DNA of 64,000 nucleotides from Enterobacteria phage KhF2: sequence record KT184314.1; one strand, 5' to 3'. Shown piece by piece: positions 63,749 to 64,000 of this stretch (position 1 is its first letter; each line of letters starts with the position of its first letter). The notes under the pieces were generated by a model. It saw only the letters and a program-made list of their open reading frames with translations, ran no database searches and was not told where the DNA came from. The position numbers and the translations under genes were made by a program.

Positions 63749-64000
63749 TTTTCAGTATTCTTTGTGTTCTTTTCAGTAATAGCTTGCAAGGCTGATACTG
63801 ATTGAGCCAGATTATTCACACTGTCAGAGAATTTATCAAGAGTTTTGGTAAGTTTTGCATTCTCACCCTTAACGTTCTCTAACTGAACTTTCTGGTTCTC
63901 CATCCCTAGCTGAATCAGTCTCATGTCAGACTGTAAATCACGAATAGCTGAATAGTTACTTTTGGAATAATTATCTAGCTGCTGTAACTTTGTTGTGACA
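63749..64000 (-). CDS. partial CDS (C-terminal part; 5' end beyond window end), coiled-coil-like
   Basis: Open minus-strand frame ending ...ALQAITEKNTKNTEK-stop at 63749-63751. Confidence 0.4.

Overview
This window reads as a slice of a large virulent tailed-phage genome (T5-like / T4-like gene content) from a Gram-negative host; all calls below come from reading the sequence and ORF track by eye, with no search or folding tool. Layout: (1) 1-5000, a dense minus-strand tRNA array of about 27 tRNA or tRNA-like genes, interrupted by two small ORFs and several 100-250 bp spacers carrying their own repeats; (2) 5.1-14.6 kb, a vWA-like protein, then a plus-strand block of small genes including a tandem paralog pair with Ig-like repeats and a GH24 (T4-type) lysozyme; (3) 14.6-16.1 kb, a 1.5 kb non-coding region packed with TTAACA-core iterons at the convergence of two transcription units; (4) 16.2-23.1 kb, an array of 17 small minus-strand ORFs, almost every one preceded by a conserved 65-100 bp leader module (two subfamilies) containing a G/C hairpin and a conserved RBS; (5) 23.5-52.7 kb, a long minus-strand block with a macro-domain protein, an overlapped spanin-like pair, HAD phosphatase, secreted transglycosylase-like protein, rIIA/rIIB-like pair, a NAMPT-like plus PRPP-synthetase-like pair (candidate NAD+ reconstitution anti-defence module), anaerobic (NrdD/NrdG) and aerobic (NrdA/NrdB) ribonucleotide reductases with a glutaredoxin, putative GIY-YIG and HNH endonucleases, flap-endonuclease-like, SSB-like, primase-helicase and dNMP kinase; (6) 52.9-63.7 kb, a plus-strand block with a family-A DNA polymerase, ATP-dependent DNA ligase, lipoprotein, HTH protein, DHFR and thymidylate synthase, separated by two intergenic regions that share G/T-rich repeated elements. 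The most unusual material is the repeat-punctuated small-gene array, the iteron field, the tRNA-array oddities and the G/T-rich repeats. Gene starts, tRNA anticodons and motif-based product calls are hand-derived and should be re-checked with tools.
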